A stretch of 64,000 bases of DNA from Tubiluchus corallicola. Taxonomy: Eukaryota > Animalia > Priapulida. The notes beneath the pieces are model-generated. The model saw nothing but the letters and a program-made list of their open reading frames with translations. It did no database searches and was not told the DNA's origin. Of this stretch, positions 1 to 11,300 are shown piece after piece. Where the stretch lies: the NCBI GenBank assembly GCA_030141605.1, contig JAQGDQ010000153.1:310001-374000 (forward strand), written 5' to 3'. Position 1 is the stretch's first letter. Every line of letters begins with the position of its first letter. Made by a program: the position numbers and the translations under genes.

Positions 1-1534
1 TAAATGTTGAAGCTCTACATTATCTAATAAGCACTTATTTTTGATGGTCGCGTTGTGTGAATGACTGATAATAGAACTGCTAAGCTGTTGTCTATGGCCA
101 AGTATCAACAAAAGCACGGGGAGTAAAAGTTATGTTCAGGGATGCATTTAAAATCCATGCTAAAGCAGCTGATTTAGACGATTAGCAGTAGGAAAATCAA
201 AGCAATGGACAGAGAATTGAAGAAAGAATTGCTAATGGCTGTGCTATCAACGTTGAAGCTCGTCGCACATCACACTGTCAATACACATACCAATCATCCA
301 CTGTCACCCAATTTCACAGATTTCGTGTGTAATACCTACGGTCGCTGTTTTAGAAGACATTTAAGACTTTATTCTCGTAGAAGATAGAAACGTCTATGAG
401 ATTTTAGAGCGCTCAGAACGTCTTCATTGCATCAATGGACGCCTATATAAGTATAGAAGGGCTTGCATTTATTTCAACCAATTAGCGTCGATGCACCTTA
501 GTTAGAAAATGTTGCCCTACACAAAGCGCTACGCAAAGCAGTAAAACGTTGATAATTGACATGTAACGTGATTACCAACAAATCATCCTAATTGCTTTTC
601 ATGTTTTCGAGCTTGGTTGTTATTTTCTAGAGCACTCAAGCGATGAAAAGCACGACCTCTCTGCACTCAGCTTTATAATGGCATTAATGAACGTTCAGCG
701 TCTAATTTCACCTGCTTAATAAGCTAATTAGGATAGGCAAGAAAATATATCGGCTCTCACTGTATAAATGTGCACCTGTGGCACATGAAAAGACACAGTA
801 AGGTTCAGATAAAAAAGTATAATTTCAAAGCATTGGTTTAGCGTTCCAAGATGCAATGTTAATGTCATAAGTATCAGAGTAACTGTTGGGCTGGAGGTCT
901 CTTGTAACTTTGCTCTTTTCGATTTCTGTAAGCTGAGCTCAAGTTTTTGAGCTAGCGACATCCCATTAATGTTATTTTCTGCGATATGGGTATTACAAGG
1001 AATCCATATTTAAGACATTAGCGAACTGTCACTTGAAAATTTGCTAGTTCGTGCTTTTCACGTTAAAGGTTTAAGTCACGCGATTTATTGCCACTGATGT
1101 CACTTATCACTCGTTGGCAGACGTTGGCTTGTGATACGCTGCGTAGATTAATAATTAAAGCAAACTGTTTCCAAGGATGTATGAACGATGAAAACACTTG
1201 TGCTTATTACTTCTGCTAACCTTGACAGGGCAGGAGGCATTATCTGGATCAAGGGATGTCAAAGTGGCTGTGTAAATATGAAAAGTACTTATTACAATAG
1301 ACGTGACACTAGAGTAGGAGAGGACGGGACGGGCGTGGGACATAACGGGACAGAAGAGGAGCGGATCAAATGCAGTGCACAGGGGATATTTAGAAGGGCA
1401 GTATGGTATGGCTAACTTAAGGCAATACATAACAAATCAAGACGATAAATGAAAATTCGCAACTGATCGAAGTCCGCTTTCAGTTGATTATAAAAGAGGT
1501 GTCCTAAAAGGAAGGCTTCATTTTGTCGTTTCAG

Positions 1535-1622
1535 GTCTAACGGAAAGAGAAGTGATAATTCTGGCTTCTGTTCTTGGTGCGTGCGGCGTATTAGTGCTTT
1601 GTATTTCAACGGCATTGTGCAT
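1535..1622 (+). CDS. Transmembrane-encoding exon of an unidentified single-pass membrane protein (upstream exons not resolved)
   Basis: Acceptor ttttgtcgtttcag and donor AT|gtaagt. Encodes (G)LTEREVIILASVLGACGVLVLCISTALCI, a hydrophobic helix. Its phase-2 end matches the next exon. Confidence 0.65.
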
Positions 1623-1892
1623 GTAAGTAATACTTGGTTTAAACAAAAGTACTGGGTTAACTAATAGTGTCATAGCAATGTAAGTAGCAAATTAATGGGT
1701 ATTGATATATTGATTTTTAGAGGCTTTGAAAACATAATTATTTAAATTAAAAGTGTCTTCAAATTTTTAAATATCGAATTTTGAATAAGCCCAGGAAACT
1801 GTTTGAGCCAAAATGGAGATAATATCATTTTATTGTTGTTAATTTGTGCCGCATAGATTGTTTTTCTGATTGAATTTCTATCCTTTAATCAG

Positions 1893-1995
1893 CTTCTGTA
1901 TACGCCGGAAATTACATGACAGAAGGAGAGCCGGATATGACGTAGTGAGAAAGCAGTCTAATGGGACACAAAGAACTTCTTTAGGACCGACTCTG
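1893..1995 (+). CDS. Juxtamembrane exon of the same membrane protein
   Basis: Acceptor cctttaatcag and donor CTG|gtaaaa. Encodes FCIRRKLHDRRRAGYDVVRKQSNGTQRTSLGPTL, a basic stop-transfer cluster directly after the TM helix. Phase 2->0. Confidence 0.6.
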
Positions 1996-2520
1996 GTAAA
2001 ACTAGGAATTAATTAAATTTATTTTATGTTTCTCAACGAACTGGCGGTGTTAGAATGTGACAGTTAGTTAGTTAATGTATCAGTTGCTAGGGATTTATAC
2101 TCAGTATGTGTAGTAGATGGCGAGTCAAAGAGTTAAATGAAATTTACTTATTATCCAATTTTCTTCCGTAAAGATATTGAAGTGAGATTGACTTCGATGT
2201 CCCATGGTCAAAGAAATCAAAATATGTAATATAGAATGAAATTAAAACACTTATTAAAATAAGAAAGGGAAAAAACTAAGGAGAAACTCCCTGAAGGAAT
2301 CTGCTAATTTAATATGTAATTTACCAGTTGCTAGGCTTTTAGATTGGAGCAGCTAAAGGAAAGAAGCCGGATAAGGGTTTAGTAATTTCGTACATAAACT
2401 AATTTTTCAATCCAAACTTTTCTTTGGCGGAATAATTGTAATAATCTAATATCCTGAAGATATCTCTGTAACTTCTAGTCAGTTCCTTATCTAATGTTTG
2501 GCCTTTTTTGCGTTTTATAG

Positions 2521-3345
2521 GATTTGCTGTCTGCACAGGATGCAAAGCAGATGGTTAACAGAGATGATTCGACAGTTCCTCTTATTGCCGAGACCACCGC
2601 ATCTCCAATATCACCAGAAGGCAGGCTTGATATGTCAGAAATTACTGTAATGGATAAACAGTTTGCTGCTGAACAAACCAAAGTTGACGATTTAACAAAT
2701 AGAAATCTTCGAAATGATGAAAATATTCAACAAAATGCCAGTTACCAAATTCCGCGTGATGCTGAAAATGACGACAGTAAGAACACGAACAATGAAACCA
2801 TGCCACATGATTTTACTGTTACTGTGGGTTTAACGCAATCAGAAACCAGTCTGAACTCTTCGCACCAGCAGTCTTACTGTTACGGCAATCAAACAGAATA
2901 TGGTGAAAATTTATGTTTGTATGGTGGTTACTTTAAATATGTGTGTTCAGATGAGGTCAGAGTTTTAACCAACAAGAAGCTTCCATCTCCAGTAGAAACG
3001 TCGGACTACTTCACTGACGTCAACGACGACACTATATTGCCTCTAGTTTCAGCTGCTAGGCGGAGTTATTCAGTTTGTAGTACCCCATGTACGCCATTGC
3101 ACGAACGTGACAATAACCTTTCTTCTCCCAGAAAGCTAAACAGCACAGTGAACGGTGACGTCATGCGACTGCTATCGCATCGCCATCCTGTGCGTACCGC
3201 GTCATTGCCTTTAGATCTTGGAAGCTTTTCATCAGATATTGTCACGCAAGCTAAATTGACTGCAAAGTCGTTTGTCGGTTCGAGCCCGAAATTTGAAAAA
3301 CTGTATGATGCGGAGGTAATTTCACCGAATGCGGAAATCTCTTAG
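2521..3345 (+). CDS. Large (probably terminal) exon encoding the S/T/D/N-rich disordered cytoplasmic tail of the membrane protein
   Basis: Strong acceptor tttttgcgttttatag in phase 0. Longest ORF in the window (DLLSAQDAKQ...PNAEIS*). AATAAA at 3370-3375. An internal phase-0 donor GAG|gtaatt after 3315 is an alternative end. Confidence 0.65.
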   Translation, partial: DLLSAQDAKQMVNRDDSTVPLIAETTASPISPEGRLDMSEITVMDKQFAAEQTKVDDLTNRNLRNDENIQQNASYQIPRDAENDDSKNTNNETMPHDFTVTVGLTQSETSLNSSHQQSYCYGNQTEYGENLCLYGGYFKYVCSDEVRVLTNKKLPSPVETSDYFTDVNDDTILPLVSAARRSYSVCSTPCTPLHERDNNLSSPRKLNSTVNGDVMRLLSHRHPVRTASLPLDLGSFSSDIVTQAKLTAKSFVGSSPKFEKLYDAEVISPNAEIS

Positions 3346-3612
3346 GTTGAGACAAGTAGCTATGGTTATAATAAATTTCTTCAACGCATTGAATAAGTGT
3401 CTGAATAGAGCCTGGTATATGGTCTCAAACTTAGCTTATAGAATTGAACAGCTGTTTACAACGCCATTCCGCTTCTGGCACTATAATAATACTGCTAAAT
3501 AACTAGGCTACATATTAATACTATTAACTGAATTAACCTGTGAGCAGCTTGCTGCATACATGTAATATATGGTTTTGAATATTTTATGTAAGATATATTT
3601 AATTTATCTTAA

Positions 3613-4218
3613 AGGAAGACAGGATGATTTTTCACATACTACCCCATTTTCAAGTCCGATAAAAGTATACTACGCAATTAATACTGCAAAACCCTTTTTG
3701 ATAATTGAATAATAGCTTAAAAACTTAATTAACGGCAGGCGAGTCCAACTATTGATGACATCACAAACTAACATAATTTTCAACAGTATTCCATGAGCGT
3801 GTTGCTCGTGTTTGCGAAAGGGAAAATTAAAGTACAGTGCTACTGTAAGGTATTCAGTGTGTTGTACTAAAACTAGCTAAGTTGTAAAGTAAAAATTCAA
3901 ATTTCAAATTTACCGCTGTGCTCATGAATGAGCTGTCGAACGTGTGTAGATGTCACAAATGAACACATCTAAACTGAGAGGTACAACACCTGTTTTTTGT
4001 GCAATGTGTTTCCGAAATGCATGCGCTAGTGCCCGTCTAACTAGCGAATGGCGAAATGCATGTAACAGCGAAAAATTAGTGGCGCGAACGTGAAATCGTG
4101 TTTGTGTGATAATAATTCTTTCACGTAAGTCATTTTTGAAAAAATAGTGTGAACCATTTCAATATTTTAAAGATTAGATTGTTTTGACCTACAGTTTAGG
4201 ATTTGACCCGGTTTTGCT
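3613..4218. mobile_element. Non-autonomous TTAA-target DNA transposon (Kolobok-like), diverged
   Basis: TTAA at 3609-3612 and 4219-4222. Termini aggaagacaggatga / ccggttttgct resemble the termini of the element at 61804-62355. Confidence 0.45.
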
Positions 4219-5699
4219 TTAAATTTTACATGAGAGTACCACCGACTATGTAGGTCATGAATCATGAATGATGAGTGTATTATTACTATTACTATTACAA
4301 TTACATTAATACTAGTATTTCACTGGACTGCTTCGGGTTTGAAACTTACTGATACAATTCCTCGAATAAAGGCTTCGGCAAAATAATAAAATGATGATAA
4401 TAATAATAATAAAGCACAGCTGCGCAGACAGTCTTGTTTGTGGACTATCTAATGCTAGCAGGGCATAACATAAAATTTACATTAGCAACATAAGGATTAC
4501 ATTTCCTCGAATGATAAAAGTAGAGAGTTCAGTATCTTTAGTAGCATTGCGTAAACATGACTGTATTGCTTCTCTATATGTGAATAAAACGAATCTATAT
4601 TTGTGTTTAATGTATAGATTCAATTCCGCTTCGCCGTGATGTTATAAACACACGTTCTGGCGACGAAAAACATATTCGGGTTTTAAACCATATTTTGAAT
4701 CGAATTAGTTTTGTTAGCGTCGCGAATAATAAAATTCGCATTAGCTATCAATGTTATGTATGGAGAGGCATGGAAAGCCACGCACATGTTATATTGTTGT
4801 AGGTTGGAACCAATTCAGCGAAAAGCAATGTTATAAGGTTTCCTGCTTTTATTATAATTTCGTTACCTGTACCTTATAAGCAGTAATTGTTTTGGATGGT
4901 TTGGCGAAACGAGTTTGTGAAATAATGTACTTGCAATTTTCGTGGTAAGTTGGTCAGATGTGGTGCAGCAGCGAGACTAACTTTTGCATCATTCTTTCAT
5001 CTTTGGCGAATAGAACAATAAAATCATTTTACGGAATGCGCAAGTAATTTTCAGCCTCGGAGTATTCACTTTTATATTTAAAATCAAATACATGATGTAA
5101 TGATTTGTTTAATCATTTGAGTAGCGAACGATAAATTTCCATGTAAAAGGAAAACTATATGAATATTAAGTTGGTGTACATAGTCTGATCACGTTGGGTT
5201 AACACTCTTCAAAAATGTATTACAATAGTGTGCAAATAATACAATTTTGGCATATTTTACACTTCGCAATTTTGTGTAATTGTAAGTAGGTGCTGCTCGT
5301 TGGCCAATTGAATTGTATGTGTAATAAATTAAATATGCCGATTCTACACTGTATTGGACATGGGACATGTTATGTAAAATAGCTGCTGCAATTATAGCCG
5401 TGCTATTTTGTGTGGTGTACTGCAACGGTTGTCACGTGTTTCATACTTTGTGAACTGTTTGATAATTTAATAACGCGCATCATCTGTGTTGTAAATAATC
5501 ACTGTTAGTCTTTATGTAATTTTTCAAAAACTCACCTCGAGTTTTTAAGATTTTCTACTATTTGCACATATCGGCAACCGCAATGGCAACGGTAGGGAGG
5601 CAGACGTTGGCAAGAAATCACTGCACAATCGAAATAACGCATTGCAACGATGTTTGCCAGCTAATTGTTGTACACTTAATAATGTCAGGATTATTATTA

Positions 5700-6147
5700 A
5701 TGATGCTACAAACCCACAATCAATTAAATTTTTATACCAAACTTAAAAGAAGTCAGGAATTGTGAAAAAGATGGAATGCAGCCTGGATTTTAATCAGGGA
5801 CCTTCTGTTACTGGTTACCGTATTCAAAAGTGGTCAAAGCAGTCCAAAGTTCATCTGTCGCAGTTGGTCGACGAAATTTTAAGCTCAAAATTAATAAAAA
5901 AAAAATTAATCTAATTAGCTAGAATCACTCTAGCTGTGCGAGCGATGTTACACTAGAAATGCTGAATTTAGTTAACCAGCGTTATGCGATAAACTTTGGA
6001 CTGTTCTAATCACGGGGGAAGTGGTGACTTGGTGGTCTAAGGCACTGCAATGTAAACGAAGATCAAATCCAGGCTGCGTTCCAACTTTTTACAATTTGTC
6101 TTTCAAGTTTGGCATCAAAATTTAATTGTATGAGGTTGAAGCAACAT
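5700..6147. repeat. Foldback element made of two outward-facing tRNA-derived (SINE-like) arms
   Basis: 5700-5790 is the imperfect reverse complement of 6066-6147. Inner IR cagtccaaagtt / aactttggactg. A-box-like tggtggtctaagg (~6030) and B-box-like gatcaaatcc (6061-6070). Confidence 0.55.
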
Positions 6148-8325
6148 GGATGTTTGCTAAAACTGGTGTGGTAAACCGACATCTGACTCAGTTGTGTGCA
6201 GTTTAACTGGCTTGGTTTTGCTGCGTTGACTAAATGTAATTACAGTAACGTGGAATGTGCGGTAAGTTAACTTTATAGCCTTTGATGTGAAAAAATGATA
6301 AATAGTAAGGCACACACATTAACGAAAATAATAGGTGATTAATGTGCTACTGCCTATTGACAAAAATAATTCAGTACTCACTGGCTAATAAACTGGTATC
6401 CTTCATATAAATTGGCAATTTCGAATAAGGTTTGCTAAGTGAGTAAAATGGGCGCCCGCTTAATGCAAAAGCCAAGTCCCTCGGGAAGTTGAGCGTATTC
6501 TAATATTTGAGAAAATGTTAGAAAGTTTCGGCAACGAAATTGTGATAAGCGCCTCGTGTAATTGATCAGTTCAATTTCAAATCGCGATCACTTTACGCTT
6601 GGGCGCGCTCATTTTGGTGAAAAATTGCGTCATCTGGTCACCGTGTAATATAAACAGTTATTCTGCGAAGTTCAGCAATCGTTTTTTGACTTGTAGAGCG
6701 AACTCTCTAAACTAAGTAACTCACCCGGTACCTACTGTATGCTCGCAAGTTTACATGTGTATTCGAAGGTCAACGAAAGTCTGTAAATTAATTATATCTA
6801 CGCAATTGACGTCAAACCTATATTGGTCTATCGCTCCGCCCCCGCTGTAAACACGTTCAGCAGCATTCGGGACAACTGCTCATGCAGGACAACAACTGTC
6901 TAAGCTAAGCTAAACTAAACTAAACAACATGACAGTCACAACTAACATCTAATCAGCTTATAAACTGATTTCAATTTTTCATAAACACAAATTTGCAGAG
7001 CAGCAGCTATTTTACACGAAATTAACACTTCAAGTAGCCAGACATGACTTTTTAATTTAAAGTTAATCAAATTGTTGTTTTACTTGCAAAGCCATAAAAT
7101 AAACTAAACTGCGCCTTTTTTCTTGATTGCAAAATGGTTTAATCGGCAACTCATAGACATAAGCGTTGTGCATTTCTTCCTATAAACGAAGCTAGACTAT
7201 ATATTACCACTAATTCATTTGCAATTTCAATTGACAATAATAAAATCTAGAAACAGGCCAATATTCCTCCGGCTAACTAATGAAAAGTTTAGCATTTTTC
7301 ACAGCAGCATTAGACCCAGCTGTAGCTAAATGTCCCGAACCTATCTGAGTTAATTAAGCTCTGCAAGGGTGTGAAATAACTTGCACGCTGATTGGGCAGT
7401 CAACGAAAATGATTGACATCATGTTAGACGTCAATTAATGTATACTACAATCATATTTTACGGTATAATCATGTTGGTTAAAGCTATGTAACCACTTTAA
7501 TCTTGGTCATAATTGATCAAATGACTCATTTTTACATAAGCACACTTAACTACAACACTAGAATAACAGAACTTCAGAGTGAACTGTAGAAATTTCTCAA
7601 TGCGTACCTTCATCACAGCTTGCCTTCACAGCATCACGCTGCCCAGCAGTCACCTGCTTACGTCATTTTTTTAAATATGCCGGCAGCGACGTTCGTTTGG
7701 CGGGAGACAAAAAATATTTAAATTTATTTGACAATTTTAAGCAAAGCATCCTATGCGCATATCTTGTGTGGTGATTTCATTATTTTTAATTGTATATTAA
7801 AATGCAATAAAAGTTGTTCGAAGGTTGGCTCTTCCTTTAATGAGCCTTTGCCCGCCTACTAGATTGTTCTGAATAAAAGACATACAACAGAGAAATAATA
7901 ATCGATGATCAAACTGAAAAACAAACACGTTTATTATATATGATAATAATAGGTATTTGTACAGCGAGAATTCTAGTAGGGGACCACAGGAGCATAATAT
8001 ATAGTTTATAGTCACTGAAATGCCTTCGCGCAAGCGCAACATATTATGAGTATCCAGACGTAATTAACAGATATTCGAATTTAGATAATGCGTAAGTAAA
8101 AAGTGAGAGCTCAAATAGTAATCAAAACGATTGCATTCAATGTCGGTATTGAATGCAGGCAGTTCAGTTAATTACAATCTGGATACCACACATAAAGATA
8201 CATACATATACAATAATATGATTCTTCCCATTGTTTAAAAATATAAAAAATCGCAAAGATGTTACAGCGATGCGTCTCCACCCCCTCTTTCTCGTCTCCT
8301 CTTAAGTCTTCCTTTCCACTCAGGT

Positions 8326-8351
8326 CTAGCCGTTCATCATTTCAAGAAACT
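8326..8351 (-). CDS. TnC-like exon 6 (terminal coding)
   Basis: ctcgttgcag|AG TTT CTT GAA ATG ATG AAC GGC TAG = (E)FLEMMNG*. Confidence 0.85.
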
Positions 8352-11300
8352 CTGCAACGAGAAAGATTGGGATTATACAATTGAGTTTACTTAAGAATAC
8401 CAATTTGGAGCAAATGAGCTCAGCACAACACATGCTTGGGCATCACAAGTGGGAGAAAAGGGAAAGAGAGAAAGAAGGAATGCGCCTTAGAGAAGAGAGG
8501 GAGGAGGAGAGGGAGAGCGAGCGAGCGATAATATACAATCTTTTTCAAAATATTAATCTTTTATTTTTGGAAATGCCTTATTATAAGGTATAAGCATTCC
8601 AAACGTTTAAACTCTTGGATGTATTCATGTTTAATGGGTTTGATAGAATCCACTTATATATTAGAGATTTTGAAAAATATTTGAACTCAGCCTTTCGACT
8701 AATTTACGTTTTAATTAGCGTGACGCAACCGGGTAACGTACATACTTACGTTAAACAGGGAGAGTCATCATATGTTTCTGTAAATTTTTAAAAAGCTTCC
8801 AACCTCTCAATTTTGTCGCATTTTGTAAACTTCAATAACTTCTAGTGATTTTAAAGTCAGAAAAGATTTAATATCATGCGAAGGCTACCTAACAAATTAA
8901 GAACCAATAATGCTATTGTCATTGAAGGATTGAAAAGTAACAGCTTCTGTGGCTCTCAAACAGTATTATCAAAGACCAACGGACCAAACAAAGAGCGGAC
9001 GCAATCTGCACATTATGACAAGGCCCAATTAAAGCGCTTGTCCAGGATGCAGATTTACATGTTAATTTTGGCAAGGTAGTCTGATCGATAGTATCTAGCA
9101 AAATTCCGTGACACGGACATATGTACATTTTTAAAGAAGTTTGAATTTTCAAAATGATTTAAAAGAATTGTCTGTAAACTAAATTTGCAATATTGCAAAT
9201 AGAGCCATGTTGCAAATTTAGCTTTGTTAGCGTGGATACAAAGTTAATTTTTTACAGTTAGTCAAGGCACTGAAGCTTAACGACACTGCTCAAATAAATT
9301 GGCACTACAGTGACAAAGTGACACCGATTTACTGCCAGACGTTGACAAAGTGACACCATTAAGCGTCTACCCGGCTGACTTACCATCGAAGTCGACAGTT
9401 CCGCTAGCATCTTGATCAATTTCATTGATCATCCCCGTCAACTCTTCTTCGCTCATTTTATCATCCACAGCTCGCAATATCTCCCGTAAATCGTTTACGT
9501 GGATCCAGCCATTATTTCCCTAGAAGCCAGAATTTTACTATCAGTACAGACTATAGGCTTTCAGCACACGTTGCAATTACCATGCAGAACGTGTATGCTG
9601 TATAGGTTTAACAATAAATGAGCAGGTGAATTATTGGCGAGCATGCTATAAGATCATATAATGGTGCCTGATAGAACATGTTAGTAGGCGGTAGGCCTAT
9701 CATGAGCATGAGACTTAAAATTAAGATTGCCGTTTTGCATGTGGCATTCCAGTTATAATTACTAAGTTATCTAATTAACGCAGTTATCTAAAGGATCAGA
9801 TTGAATATGATTAAGTAATAGAGATTAACTACGTTTATATGAAATTTACTTCTATAATACTGCAATGTTAGTATGTAATTCAAACTTAAATTTAACAGTG
9901 AGCATTACTAGTAGCATTTAGCATTTGACATTTGATTAGACGAGCATACCTTGTCGTATAAGCGGAAAGCTTCTCGTAGCTGTTCCGTCATATCCTCATC
10001 TGATTCCAATACAAATTTTACAACAACCATGGCGAAATCCTCAAAGTCCATCTTGCCACTGTCTGCGCAAAAAAGACAATTTCGTTGAAATATGTATGTT
10101 ATATTACAACAAATTCGTGAATTTTTACAGGTTCACAAACTTGGCAAAACCACACTGGATGTAATGTCGAGTTCACATGGGCACGTAATAGATTTTTAAT
10201 AGGACGATGACGTCTGTACTTAAATAGTAAGTAAATGTTGAATTATGGTCCCATGGACAAGCAGAATCAGCCTACATAGAAAAATACAGTTGTTCCGTGC
10301 AACGTTTCATCTTTCAACGTACAGGGTTTCCGAGGACATTTTTATAATATCTGATTTCATAAGAGATTTTCTATTAGCAAAATTCACTTAAGCTAAAACT
10401 TCAGCGAAAAGTACATTTTTCACGTCTTTCTAGTAGTAGTAGCAGCCAAAATGCACTGACACCAAAGATCAAAATCACCGCAAGGTACTTGTGACTTTCA
10501 TGTCCCTTCGCTGCAAACATCCTGTACACAAGTTTTTATGCTGTTTACTTAACAGCATTTCGAAAACTCGTTTCAACTTAAAATGCTTGACTTTCAGCTG
10601 TGAAGAACGTTTTTGTTTTCTCTATCTTGATCCACATCTGTCTTGATGATATTTTACTCATGCTTTTGCTATGGCTATTTTTTATTTTTTTATACTGCTG
10701 TTAATATGGATTTAGTACACGCAATTACAAAATCACAGTGAAAGGTCTACCAAGTCCATGTAGTATAAATTTAGGGACTTTAATGTTTTTATTTGTTGTA
10801 ATAGAAACTATTATTATGCAAGCAATCTAACCTACACCGTTTAGGACTGGAATCCATGCAGTGAAAATGTGATTGCTGCTGCAAGAACTTTAATGTGCTC
10901 AATTCTGTAGTTTGACTGAGACTTTGTTTTTTAATCCAACAATAAATTCCACAAATTAGCTAGTTATTCTGATGGCCACTGATGAGTATAGTTCACCTAA
11001 CAGCATTATAATGCTTACACCTGGAAAGATATCATTATCAACTTTTTTAACCACTATTAACCATTTTAAAAAAAAATTAAAAACATTTAATTTGCAAAAG
11101 GCATCAAATGATAAGATAACAGTTAGGTACTTGCACAAAAGATGTTGGGCTCGTTCTTCCATATACGATTTTACTTCATAAATGGTAGATTACGGATATG
11201 AAGTGAGGCTTGTGTCATTAAATAAGGTCAAAATTAATTAATTAGATGTCATAATTAACCAGGACATTAATCTGAAGACCGAAAGAGACAACACAACAAA

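Noticed and set aside
6020-6080. Possible tRNA gene
   Set aside because: Only A/B-box-like motifs with no complete cloverleaf; treated as SINE-derived.
11272-11290. CTGAAGA-CC-GAAA hammerhead-like core
   Set aside because: No stem II or stem III; probably part of an unrelated repeat end.
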